From an uncultured bacterium (GTDB taxonomy: Bacteria > Myxococcota_A > UBA9160 > SMWR01), in assembly GCA_937937315.1 (NCBI GenBank), contig CALDCK010000210.1:1-52479 (forward strand): a stretch of 52,479 nt of DNA. The letters are read 5' to 3'. The notes below the pieces were generated by a model. That model was not told the origin of the DNA, made no database searches, and saw only the letters and a list, made by a program, of their open reading frames with translations. The position numbers and the translations under genes were made by a program. Positions 34,082-42,551 of the stretch are shown here, one piece after another (position 1 is the stretch's first letter; each line of letters opens with the position of its first letter).

Positions 34082-34792
34082 CTAGAGCGTGAAGGTCATC
34101 ACCAGATAGAGCACGAGGGTGAGGCCCAGACCCGCGTGGATGGTGCCGCTCACCGTGGCCAGCGGCTTCTGGCCAGCCGTCCCGGAGCCCACCAGGCAGT
34201 TGAGCTCCGTCAGGCCGATCACGACCAGTGCCACGATCCAATAGAGCCCCTGGCCCCCGTCGAGCCCGTTGCCGAGGAAGTTGAGGTGGGAGGCCGCGCC
34301 CATGAAGAAGAGCATGGGGATCGAGAACAGCGTGTTGGTGCGAGACGCTACGCCGGCGCGGGCGCCGCGCGCCGCGGCCGTCGGGTCCGCCTCGCCGCCG
34401 CCTGCGACCTTCTCCGCATTGGCGATCACCACCTGCTGCGCGGGCCAGATCACGAACCAGACGTTCGCCCACATCAGCGTCCCCATCAGACCCCCGGTCA
34501 GGATGCGCGTCATGTAGCCGCTGGTCAGCGGCACACCATCGTGGCCGAGCTTCGTCAGGACGATCAGCCAGCCCGTGATGAAGGTGAACATCGCACCCCA
34601 GCGGAACCACCACAGGGCGTTGGGCACGAGGCCCCGGACCACGGCGCTCCGCGCCTGGCCGCCCAGCTCGGTGCCGAAATAGGGCGTCTGGATGAAGTTG
34701 AAGTAGTAGAGGACGCCGATCCAGGTGATGCCGGCCAGGAAGTGGAACCAGCGAAGCAGGAAGTACCAGCCTTCCATGCTGAAGATCTCCAT
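34082..34792 (-). CDS. PuuD-like (urate hydroxylase membrane-domain family) integral membrane protein without a cytochrome c domain
   Basis: ATG 34792 has GGAGGA upstream. WYFLLRWFHFLAGITWIGVLYYFNFIQ resembles the PuuD N-terminal membrane region. There are about 6 TM segments. Confidence 0.45.
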   Translation of the reverse strand: MEIFSMEGWYFLLRWFHFLAGITWIGVLYYFNFIQTPYFGTELGGQARSAVVRGLVPNALWWFRWGAMFTFITGWLIVLTKLGHDGVPLTSGYMTRILTGGLMGTLMWANVWFVIWPAQQVVIANAEKVAGGGEADPTAAARGARAGVASRTNTLFSIPMLFFMGAASHLNFLGNGLDGGQGLYWIVALVVIGLTELNCLVGSGTAGQKPLATVSGTIHAGLGLTLVLYLVMTFTL

Positions 34793-34957
34793 GTCGGTCC
34801 TCCAATCGTGCCGACCGGGATTCGGCGGCGCCGGTCCGGGTCGATCGTCCATGTCTTGCGTCACACCGCGCTACGAGCCGCGCGTCCCTCCACGATCCCA
34901 TCGGGAGGGGCCTCATTCTAGCCGCGGCCACAGCGATTTGGGGCGAGAATTGCCGGT

Positions 34958-34996
34958 GCGGCGAAGTGCCGGCAGTCCGGGAAGATCCTTCGCCGC
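34958..34996 (-). terminator. Hairpin GCGGCGAAG - 21 nt - CTTCGCCGC immediately downstream of the thiolase-like operon
   Basis: A 9-bp perfect stem starting 5 nt after the stop at 35001, with no clear U-tract. Confidence 0.4.
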
Positions 34997-35000
34997 CCCG

Positions 35001-36158
35001 CTAGGGCTTCTCCTTGCCGAACAGGCACATCGAGAAGTACTGGGAGCCGCCCCCGTAGGCGTGGCCCAGCGCCTTCCGGGCGCCCTCGACCTGGTGCTCG
35101 CCAGCCTGGCTGCGCACCTGCATGGCGGCCTCGGCGTAGCGGATCATCCCCGAGGCGCCGATCGCGTTCGAGGAGAGCACACCCCCGGACATGTTCACCG
35201 GGAAGTCGCCATCGAGGGCCGTGGCCCCCTCGTAGACCATCTTCCAGCCCTCGTTCTCCGGTGCGAAGCCCAGGTTCTCCATCCACATGGCCTCGAACCA
35301 GCTGAAGGGAACGTAGATCTCGGCGCAGTCGATCTCCTGACGGGGGTTCTCGATGCCGGCCTGGCGGTAGAGATCCCGCGCGGCGAGCTGCCCGGCGACC
35401 GGGTTCACCGAGTCGCGGCCCGGAAACTGGGTCGGCTCGCTCCGCATCGAGGTGCCGTGGACCCAGGCCGCGGGCGTCGGCGCCTTCGCGGCCAGGTCCT
35501 CCCGGGCCAGCACCATCGCGCAGGCACCGTCGGAGGAGGGGCAGCTCTCCAGATAGCGGATCGGATCCCAGAGCATCGGGGAGCTCGCGATCTTGTCGAA
35601 GTCGATGTCCTCGATGCGCAGGTGGGCGTAGGGGTTCTTCAGCGCGTTCAGCCGATCCTTCAGGGCGATCCGGATGCCCGTGTCCTCGGGCGCACCGGAG
35701 CGCTGGATGTAGGAGCGGATCAGCGGCGCGAAGAAGCCGCCGGCGCCCGCCACCACGGCGACCGAGAAGGGCGGGCTCACGGTGAGTCCCCACATGGCGT
35801 TGCTCTCGGACTGTTTCTCCCAGGAGAGCGTCAACACCCGGTCGTGGATGCCGGAGGTGATCAGGCTGATCGCCACGTTGGCGGTGGAGCCGCCGACGCT
35901 TCCCGCCGTGTGCACGCGAAGCAGCGGCTTCCCAGTCGCACCCACGGCATCCGCCAGGTAGTTCTCGGGCAGCATGACGCCTTCGAACATGTCCGGCGCC
36001 TTGCCGATCACCACCGCGTCGATGTCTGCAAAGGTCAGGTCCGCGTCCTCCAACGCGCGCAGAGCCGCCTCGCGCACGAGCCCGGGCATCGACACGTCGA
36101 TGCGCTTCGCGTCGTACTTCGTCTGACCGATCCCGACGACACCGCAGAGGTTCGCCAT
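35001..36158 (-). CDS. thiolase-fold protein (SCP-x / Ltp-like), 385 aa
   Basis: CGVVGIGQTKY at the N-terminus and NMSGGVLSSNAIGASG near the C-terminus. Its start codon directly abuts the upstream stop (TAGATG). Confidence 0.75.
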   Translation of the reverse strand: MANLCGVVGIGQTKYDAKRIDVSMPGLVREAALRALEDADLTFADIDAVVIGKAPDMFEGVMLPENYLADAVGATGKPLLRVHTAGSVGGSTANVAISLITSGIHDRVLTLSWEKQSESNAMWGLTVSPPFSVAVVAGAGGFFAPLIRSYIQRSGAPEDTGIRIALKDRLNALKNPYAHLRIEDIDFDKIASSPMLWDPIRYLESCPSSDGACAMVLAREDLAAKAPTPAAWVHGTSMRSEPTQFPGRDSVNPVAGQLAARDLYRQAGIENPRQEIDCAEIYVPFSWFEAMWMENLGFAPENEGWKMVYEGATALDGDFPVNMSGGVLSSNAIGASGMIRYAEAAMQVRSQAGEHQVEGARKALGHAYGGGSQYFSMCLFGKEKP

Positions 36159-37208
36159 CTACTCGCCCTCCAGCACGCAGACCATGTTCTGCTGCAGGCA
36201 GTGGCCCTGGGAAGCGTGGGCCACGGCACGATCGCCCTCGCCCGCAGCGATCCGCTGGGCGGCGTCCCCGATCCGATTCAGTCCGCAGGACATCATGGTG
36301 TGGGCGCAGAGTGTTCCACCCGAGGGATTGATCCGGACGTCGTCGGCCAGCCCGAGCGCTTCGCGCAGGATCAGCTCCTGATGGGTGTAGGGCGCAGAGA
36401 GCTCCGCGAGATCCACCTTGTCGTCGCCGACGCCTGCCCGAGCTGCGGCGATCTCCGCCGACGGTGCGCGGGTGAGATCTCGCGCGCCCAGAGCCGGCGG
36501 ATCGATGCGATGATCGAAGCCCCGGATCCAGACCGGTCGCTCGCAGAGCGTCTTCGCGCGTTCGCCCGCCATCACCACGATCGCCGTCGCCCCGTCGCTG
36601 TTCGCGGGGCAGTCGTGGTCGCGCAGCGGCGAGGTCCGGTAGGGCTCGGCCAGCAGCTTCTCCGCATCCCGGTCACCCTTCGCGACCGCGTGGGGGTTCG
36701 ACTGGGCATCGCGCAGGCTGCGGGCCGCGACCTCGGCGAGGTCGCGCTCGCTGCGACCGGCGCGCTCCATATAGAGCCGCGCCTGGATGCCGGCGACGCT
36801 GTCTGCGTCGGGCCATAGCTGGGTGACGCAGTAGGGGTCGAGCTGGAGAGCCTGCACCTCGGCGAGGTCGCCGCTCGACGTCTTTCCGAAGGCGTAGACC
36901 AGGGCCGAATCGACTTCGCCCGTCTGGATCTTGACCCAGGCCTCGTAGAGGGCCCAGGCGCCATCCATCTCCACGTGGGACTCCTTGATCGGAGGCCACG
37001 CACCGACGCCGTCGAGGGCCATCACGAAGGCGAAGGGCTGACCCTGGAGGAAGTCGCTGCTCCCGGAGCAGGTGAACCCGATCTCGCTCCGCTCGAGCTG
37101 CGAGGACGCAACGGCCGCCTTCACGACGGGGAGCAGGATCTCGACCTCGTTGCGGTCCTCCCGCGCGGCGTTGGATTGCGCGAAGGAAACGATTGCAACG
37201 TCGCGCAT
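36159..37208 (-). CDS. thiolase-fold protein (SCP-x / Ltp-like paralogue), 349 aa
   Basis: Track ORF 36159..37415. ATG 37208 overlaps the upstream TGA by 1 nt. Motifs are FTCSGSSDF and INPSGGTLCAHTMMSCG. Confidence 0.7.
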   Translation of the reverse strand: MRDVAIVSFAQSNAAREDRNEVEILLPVVKAAVASSQLERSEIGFTCSGSSDFLQGQPFAFVMALDGVGAWPPIKESHVEMDGAWALYEAWVKIQTGEVDSALVYAFGKTSSGDLAEVQALQLDPYCVTQLWPDADSVAGIQARLYMERAGRSERDLAEVAARSLRDAQSNPHAVAKGDRDAEKLLAEPYRTSPLRDHDCPANSDGATAIVVMAGERAKTLCERPVWIRGFDHRIDPPALGARDLTRAPSAEIAAARAGVGDDKVDLAELSAPYTHQELILREALGLADDVRINPSGGTLCAHTMMSCGLNRIGDAAQRIAAGEGDRAVAHASQGHCLQQNMVCVLEGE

Positions 37209-37705
37209 CAAGCGTACTCCTCGATCTGCTCGAAGGGGACATCGGGCTCGTCGATGGGCTCGAAGTACCGGATGCTCGAGACGTTCTCCGTGAGCTGGTC
37301 GTCGGGCGCCCAGTGCGCCTGGACCCGCATGCCGATGCGGACCTCGTCGAGGGCGCAGTTCTGGAGCACGTGGAAGAAGCCGAGGTTCGCCCCGTCGAGG
37401 AGCACCGTGGCACACACGTAGGGCAGCTCGAAGGGGATGTTGTCGGAGGGCACGCGCACGATCGAGTAGGTCACGACCGTCCCCTTGTCCGAGACCTCGA
37501 CCAGCTCGGCGGCGAGCTCCGAGGTGCGCGGGTCCGCGCCGCGCGGCGGCACCAGTACGGGCTCGCCGGGCCCGGTCCGCGCTCCGAGGATCTTCTTCTG
37601 CGTCAGGCCGCGCAGGAACCCGGTCGCCGCGGCCCCGGCGGAGTGGTCGTACTCGAGTCGCACGGGGGTGACGATCGACTTCAGCGCGTTGGGGAGGTCG
37701 CTCAC
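37208..37705 (-). CDS. DUF35-like OB-fold protein lacking the Zn-ribbon cysteines
   Basis: GTG 37705 has GGAGGG upstream; 165 aa. VLVPPRGADPRT..VEVSDKGTVVTYSIV follows the DUF35 ribbon-to-OB transition, but no CxxC pairs are present. Confidence 0.55.
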   Translation of the reverse strand: MSDLPNALKSIVTPVRLEYDHSAGAAATGFLRGLTQKKILGARTGPGEPVLVPPRGADPRTSELAAELVEVSDKGTVVTYSIVRVPSDNIPFELPYVCATVLLDGANLGFFHVLQNCALDEVRIGMRVQAHWAPDDQLTENVSSIRYFEPIDEPDVPFEQIEEYA

Positions 37706-37707
37706 GA

Positions 37708-38163
37708 TCAGCCCTCCAGCTCGAAGCAGGCGATGTCGAGGATCCCGCCGCCGGGCTCCTCGGCCCAGCGCGGCGTCACCCGGGCTCCCACCGAGAGCTT
37801 CGACTCCTCTCCGGCGTCGACCGCGTGCAGCAGCGTGGTATCCGCGCCGTCGAGGCGGATCAGCGCGAAGGCGAAGGGGCGATCCAGGGGCTGCTTCGGG
37901 CGGGGCTTCGAGACCCAGCTCCAGGAGACGATCTCGCCACCGGGCCCGACGTCGACGAACTCTTCGAGGGCCTCGCCGGTCTGGGGGTCGTACTCCTGGG
38001 GTGGCACGAGCACCTTCCCCGACCTCATCCGGATTCCCAGGAGCCGATGCTCCTGGAGTCCCCCGAAGAAACGCCCGAGCACCGGTCCGAGCGAGCGCCG
38101 GTAGGGGTACTCGAGCACGTGCGGACCGCGGAGCACCTCGTCCGCGGCGAGGGTCTGCGCCAT
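37708..38163 (-). CDS. DUF35-like OB-fold protein lacking the Zn-ribbon cysteines
   Basis: ATG 38163 has GGAG 6 nt upstream (alternative ATG at 38175); 151 aa. VLVPPQEYDPQTGEAL..VDVGPGGEIVSWSWV. Confidence 0.55.
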   Translation of the reverse strand: MAQTLAADEVLRGPHVLEYPYRRSLGPVLGRFFGGLQEHRLLGIRMRSGKVLVPPQEYDPQTGEALEEFVDVGPGGEIVSWSWVSKPRPKQPLDRPFAFALIRLDGADTTLLHAVDAGEESKLSVGARVTPRWAEEPGGGILDIACFELEG

Positions 38164-38246
38164 GACTTTCTCCATCGTGAGCCGGCGCATCGGGCCGCCG
38201 TGCGTCGGGGCGGACCGCCGCACCGCGACGATGGGCTCGACGGGGG

Positions 38247-38266
38247 GCGCGTCCTGCCGGACGCGC
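38247..38266 (-). terminator. Perfect hairpin GCGCGTCC-TGCC-GGACGCGC downstream of the GT87-like gene
   Basis: An 8-bp stem with a 4-nt loop, 77 nt after the stop at 38343. Confidence 0.4.
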
Positions 38267-38288
38267 AACGCTATCACAGATCCCGTTC

Positions 38289-38321
38289 TCCGAGGGACGA
38301 GGACGCGTACGTCCGAGGGAC
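38289..38321. repeat. 10-bp direct repeat TCCGAGGGAC x2, separated by 13 nt, upstream of the DUF35/thiolase operon
   Basis: Read directly; coordinates were checked against the codons of shadow ORF 38162. Confidence 0.8.
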
Positions 38322-38342
38322 TGAGGTCCGCGCTCCGGCGCT

Positions 38343-39647
38343 TCAGTCGGCGGCGTTTTCGGGGCCTGCGGTGTCGGCGCAGAGGGCGAGGGCTGCCGCG
38401 AAGGTCCCGAGGGCAACGAAGAGCAGGAGCGACTGCAGCGGATTCCACGGCGTGCCCGAAAGCGCACCCAACCCGAGCCAGGGATTGCTCGCGATGGCGA
38501 CGGCGACGGCAAAGACCGGCAGGGTGGCCGCCGCGAGCAGCGGTCGACGGATCAGCTCGGGCAGCAGCAGAACGAAGATCGGCAGGAGCACACCGTAGTG
38601 GTGCTCCCAGGCGACCGGCGACGCCATGGTGAGCGCGAGCCCTGTGGCGGCGAGGTCGATGGGTCCCGCGCGGCTGCGGGTTCGCGCGGGGAGCCAGAGC
38701 GCCAGGGTGAGCAGGAGGCCCCCGCCGAGCAGCGTGCCCAGGTGCACGCCGAGGTGGTAGGGCGGATAGAGGTGGGGGTCCCAGTGGGTCGAGACCCCGT
38801 TGAAGAGCAGGCGATGCAGGAATCCGTTGATCGTCTGGTTCGGCCAGTACGCCTCGCCGAGGCGTGAGACGTGGCCGAGCACCGAGAGGTAGTCGAGGTG
38901 GGACTCCCACCCGAAGCGCAGCACCGAGATCGCCAGCAGCACCCCGCCGGCGGAGGCCGCCGCCGCCACGAAGCCGAGCTCGCGCCGCAGCAGACCCCAC
39001 AGGACGAACACCCCGTACTGGGGCTTCACCGCCGCCATCAGGGCAACCAGTACACCGGCGGATCGCCGGCGATGGGTCACCCAGGCGAAGAGGAACGCGG
39101 CGAAGAGCGCGTTCACCCACACCTGCATCTGGCCCAGGGTGTAGGCCTTCAGAATGGGATAGAAGGCGAAGGACGCCACGAGGCCCAGGAGCACCCGCGC
39201 GATCCGGTCGGCGCCATCCCGGGCCCGGGTTGCGGGCGCGGCCTCGAGCACGCGATCGAGGAGCGCCGTGCTGAAGACAGCGGTGAGGGCGACCAGGAGC
39301 CAGGAGAAGACGCCCAGCACCGCGCGAAGCGACGACTTCGAGAAGGTGGCGGCGATGGCGTCGATCAGCAGCAGCGACGTCGGCGGATAGATGAACTTGA
39401 TGCGCTGATCGAAGAACAGCCACTCGTAGAGAGGCCGTTCCGGGCCGGCGACCAGATAGGCGTGGGCCTGGTTCATCGGTCGCCAGGAGTCGACTCCCTG
39501 GACCCCGGACCCGAAGAGCCGGAGCTCCTCGGCGATCCCGTGCTGACCCAGACCCGCGAGCACGGCGTTGACCCCGAGCACTCCGACGACCACGAAGAGG
39601 GCGAGACCCCGGGTGAGAGGGGAGAAGCGCGAGGCAAAGGCGTTCAT
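38343..39647 (-). CDS. GT87/DUF2029-like polytopic membrane glycosyltransferase
   Basis: Track ORF 38343..40547. ATG 39647 overlaps the upstream stop (ATGA). The sequence contains FIYPPTSLLL and about 10 TM helices. Confidence 0.55.
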   Translation of the reverse strand: MNAFASRFSPLTRGLALFVVVGVLGVNAVLAGLGQHGIAEELRLFGSGVQGVDSWRPMNQAHAYLVAGPERPLYEWLFFDQRIKFIYPPTSLLLIDAIAATFSKSSLRAVLGVFSWLLVALTAVFSTALLDRVLEAAPATRARDGADRIARVLLGLVASFAFYPILKAYTLGQMQVWVNALFAAFLFAWVTHRRRSAGVLVALMAAVKPQYGVFVLWGLLRRELGFVAAAASAGGVLLAISVLRFGWESHLDYLSVLGHVSRLGEAYWPNQTINGFLHRLLFNGVSTHWDPHLYPPYHLGVHLGTLLGGGLLLTLALWLPARTRSRAGPIDLAATGLALTMASPVAWEHHYGVLLPIFVLLLPELIRRPLLAAATLPVFAVAVAIASNPWLGLGALSGTPWNPLQSLLLFVALGTFAAALALCADTAGPENAAD

Positions 39648-40921
39648 TCTCCGCTCCGCGCCTTGCCGAAGAGGCTCTCCTCGAGGATCCGGTCCGCGAT
39701 CACCTCCCCGACCCGGGCGTGCCCCTCCACCGAGAGGTGCGACCCGTCCAGGAACGCAGCCTCGGCACCGAGCGCGGCGAGGGTCGGCAGCAGATCCACG
39801 GCGGGCACGCCCAGGCCGTTGGCGAATCGGACCAGGCGGCGCTGGGGCCCGGACAGCTCTCCCGGAGCCTCGAGCTGGAACGCGTAGGGGAAGATCACCA
39901 ACAGTGAGGGAATGCCGCGCTCCCGCGCGTTCAGGACGATGCGACGCACGTTGTCGAGGGTGATGCGCCAGGCGCGTTCGAAGCTGGCCGGGTCCGTCAC
40001 GAGACGACGGACCGCCCCCATCTCGGCCGCCTGGGCCCCGAGGCGCACGTCGCGTCCGAAGCGGAGCACGGCGAAGCCCTCCCGCGCAGCGGTGGCCAGA
40101 GCGCTCCGGGAGAGCCAGTGATCCAGACGACTCCGTGCGGTGCGCGCCAGCTGCCAGCCGCGCTCGGATCCGCCGTAGCGCACGAGGGCCAGCTTCTCGG
40201 TCACGTCGTTGAGCACGAACCCGATCACGACCAGATCCGGGGCGTAGCGCAGCCCCTCGCGCTCCAGGAAGGCGAGCTCCTGCCAGGGCGAGTAGCCCCC
40301 GACCCCCGCGTTCACGACCTCGACGCTCTTCCCGAGCGCTTCCTCGAGGGACCGGCCGACACGGGACGGGAACACCTCGTCGACCTCCGCGACGCCGAAG
40401 CCGAAGGTCACGGAGTCGCCCAGGAAGAGCAGGCGCCGCACTCCCGGCGGCTTGCGGTCCTCGACCGCCGGGCCCCGCAGCCCGCGGCGGTTCACCCGGA
40501 CCTCGACGCCACCCCACTCGCCGACGGCGTCGGGGCGCATCCTCCACCCGAGCTCCGGATCCTCGACGAAGACCGAGGTCTTCGGATCGACGAAGGGCCG
40601 GAGCCCGAAGTCCAACAGGAGGATCGGCAGGAGACCGGCGAGCACCAGCAGACCGATCGACGGCACCCGACCGGACAGCCAGCCCGCGAGCCGGCGCGAG
40701 CGGCGCACTCCTTCGGAGAGGACGATCAGCACGGCGCCGGCCAGACCGAAGCCCAGCTCTACGGCGCGGATCTTCGAGCGGGTCAGCGGTGTGAAGGCCT
40801 CGCGCGCCAGGGGCGCCAGCACGAGCTCGTTGTAGAGCAGCGCAGCGGCCAGCAGCACCAGACCCGCACCCAGCAGGAGCGCCCTCGGCGCCGCACCGGG
40901 TGCGCCCAGGTCATCGCTCAT
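39644..40921 (-). CDS. membrane-anchored SGNH/GDSL hydrolase
   Basis: Three N-terminal hydrophobic segments. SGNH blocks are FLGDSVTFG, NAGVGGYS, GFVLNDV and DGSHLSVEGH. Confidence 0.75.
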   Translation of the reverse strand: MSDDLGAPGAAPRALLLGAGLVLLAAALLYNELVLAPLAREAFTPLTRSKIRAVELGFGLAGAVLIVLSEGVRRSRRLAGWLSGRVPSIGLLVLAGLLPILLLDFGLRPFVDPKTSVFVEDPELGWRMRPDAVGEWGGVEVRVNRRGLRGPAVEDRKPPGVRRLLFLGDSVTFGFGVAEVDEVFPSRVGRSLEEALGKSVEVVNAGVGGYSPWQELAFLEREGLRYAPDLVVIGFVLNDVTEKLALVRYGGSERGWQLARTARSRLDHWLSRSALATAAREGFAVLRFGRDVRLGAQAAEMGAVRRLVTDPASFERAWRITLDNVRRIVLNARERGIPSLLVIFPYAFQLEAPGELSGPQRRLVRFANGLGVPAVDLLPTLAALGAEAAFLDGSHLSVEGHARVGEVIADRILEESLFGKARSGE

Positions 40922-41054
40922 CGCGCCCGCAGCTCGAGACAGAAGCGTCGCTGCTCACTCTCGATCTCCAAGGGGGGGCAGCGGTTGCACGCGGGTCGCA
41001 TCTTGAGTCAGGCTCCCGGCCTCGATCGATCGTCGCGCGGCGGCGGAGCCGAAT

Positions 41055-42551
41055 ATGCCACAGGATGGAACGCGCCACGTTCTGAGAGACGCACTCGTGG
41101 TGGTCGCCACGGCCGCGTTCCTCGTGGTCGCACTGGAGGGGGGCGCACGCCTCCTGGGCATCGGGGCACCGGAGCGCCTCGATCTGCCCCCGAAGCGAGA
41201 CGGCGCCTTCCGCATCCTGGCCCTGGGTGGATCCACGGTGCTCGGGGTTCCCGATGGCACGGTCGGCTTCGTGACGCAGCTCGCCCAGGGGCTGCCCTCC
41301 CTCGCCCGGGGACGCCGGGTCGAGGTGTCGAACCTCGGCCGATCCGGTGCGCCGTCCTCCGCGGTGCGCGAGCTCTTCGCGGCGACCGGGGACGCCGAGG
41401 TGGACCTCGCCATCGTGCTGATCGGCCACAACGAGTTCATCGCACCCCGGGCGACCCGCGGGGTGCGCGGCGCCCTGCAGAAGCTCCGCGACGCCTCCCA
41501 GCTCCTGCGCGGCTTGACCCGGGGGAGCGAGTCCGTCGTCGCCGTCCGCTACGGCGAGCCGATCCCCGAGGTCGGTCCCGCGCTCCGGCGCGAGGTCGCC
41601 GAGGCCTTCGCGAAGAATCTCGCGGCCATCGTCGAGGACGCGCGACGCCGCGGTGTCCCCCTCTACCTCTGCACCGCGCCGGCGAACCTGGCCGACTGGC
41701 CACCCGCCCGGCGCCACGTGGCCCGGGAGTCCACCCAACCGGACAGGCAGCGGGAGTGGGCGTCGCTCGAGGCGCTGGCCAATGCCGGGGATCACGCCGC
41801 CGTCGTCGACGCTGCCGGCCTCTGGATCGATGCGCGGGGAGAGGATGCAGCGGTGCGCTACCAGCTGGCGGTTGCGCTTCGCGCCCTGAGCCGCGACGAC
41901 GAGGCCCGCGAGAGCTTCGCCCTGGCGCTGGAGAACGACCCGGTGCCGCGGCGCGCCCTGGGCACCTTCAACGACGCGGTGCGCGCCTACGGCGGGACGC
42001 CCGGAGTTCGCGTCGTCGACCTCGCGGAACGCTTCGCGGCCTACGCCGAGTCGGGTCTGATCGGCTTCGAGCTCGTCTGCGACAACTGCCACCCCACGCC
42101 CCTCGGAAACGCCCTCATCGCTCTCGAGATCGCCCGGGCGATGGCCGAAGACGGGCTCCTGCTCGCCTCGGACGTCGACCTCGGGACTCCCGACGCATGG
42201 CTCGAGGCTGCGAAGCGCCGAAAGGGAGGAGCGGCGCAGCAGCAGCGGAGCCAGGTGCGCTGGCTGCTCTCGAACGCCATCTACGCCATGAAGACGCCCT
42301 TCTACAACTTCGAGGCCTCCCGCATGTACCTCGAGCGGGCACGCGCCCTCGCACCGGATGACTGGCGGGTCCACGCCAATCTGGGAACCCTGTCCCTGCT
42401 CGAGGGCGACGCCGCCGCGGGACGCCAGGCCCTCTACCGCGCCACCACCCTGAAGGGCGGGCCCCTCGATCCCGAGGACCGCGGCCCTACTCCCTATCTG
42501 AAGGAGGCGCTGGCGGTGCTCCTCGAGACGCCTTCCGCAGGTGGATCGTGA
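41055..42551 (+). CDS. membrane-anchored SGNH-like (GGS variant) protein with a TPR-like C-terminus
   Basis: An N-terminal TM segment, then ILALGGSTVLG, NLGRSGAPS, LIGHNEF and CDNCHPTPLGN, followed by a helical-repeat tail. Confidence 0.55.
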   Translation: MPQDGTRHVLRDALVVVATAAFLVVALEGGARLLGIGAPERLDLPPKRDGAFRILALGGSTVLGVPDGTVGFVTQLAQGLPSLARGRRVEVSNLGRSGAPSSAVRELFAATGDAEVDLAIVLIGHNEFIAPRATRGVRGALQKLRDASQLLRGLTRGSESVVAVRYGEPIPEVGPALRREVAEAFAKNLAAIVEDARRRGVPLYLCTAPANLADWPPARRHVARESTQPDRQREWASLEALANAGDHAAVVDAAGLWIDARGEDAAVRYQLAVALRALSRDDEARESFALALENDPVPRRALGTFNDAVRAYGGTPGVRVVDLAERFAAYAESGLIGFELVCDNCHPTPLGNALIALEIARAMAEDGLLLASDVDLGTPDAWLEAAKRRKGGAAQQQRSQVRWLLSNAIYAMKTPFYNFEASRMYLERARALAPDDWRVHANLGTLSLLEGDAAAGRQALYRATTLKGGPLDPEDRGPTPYLKEALAVLLETPSAGGS

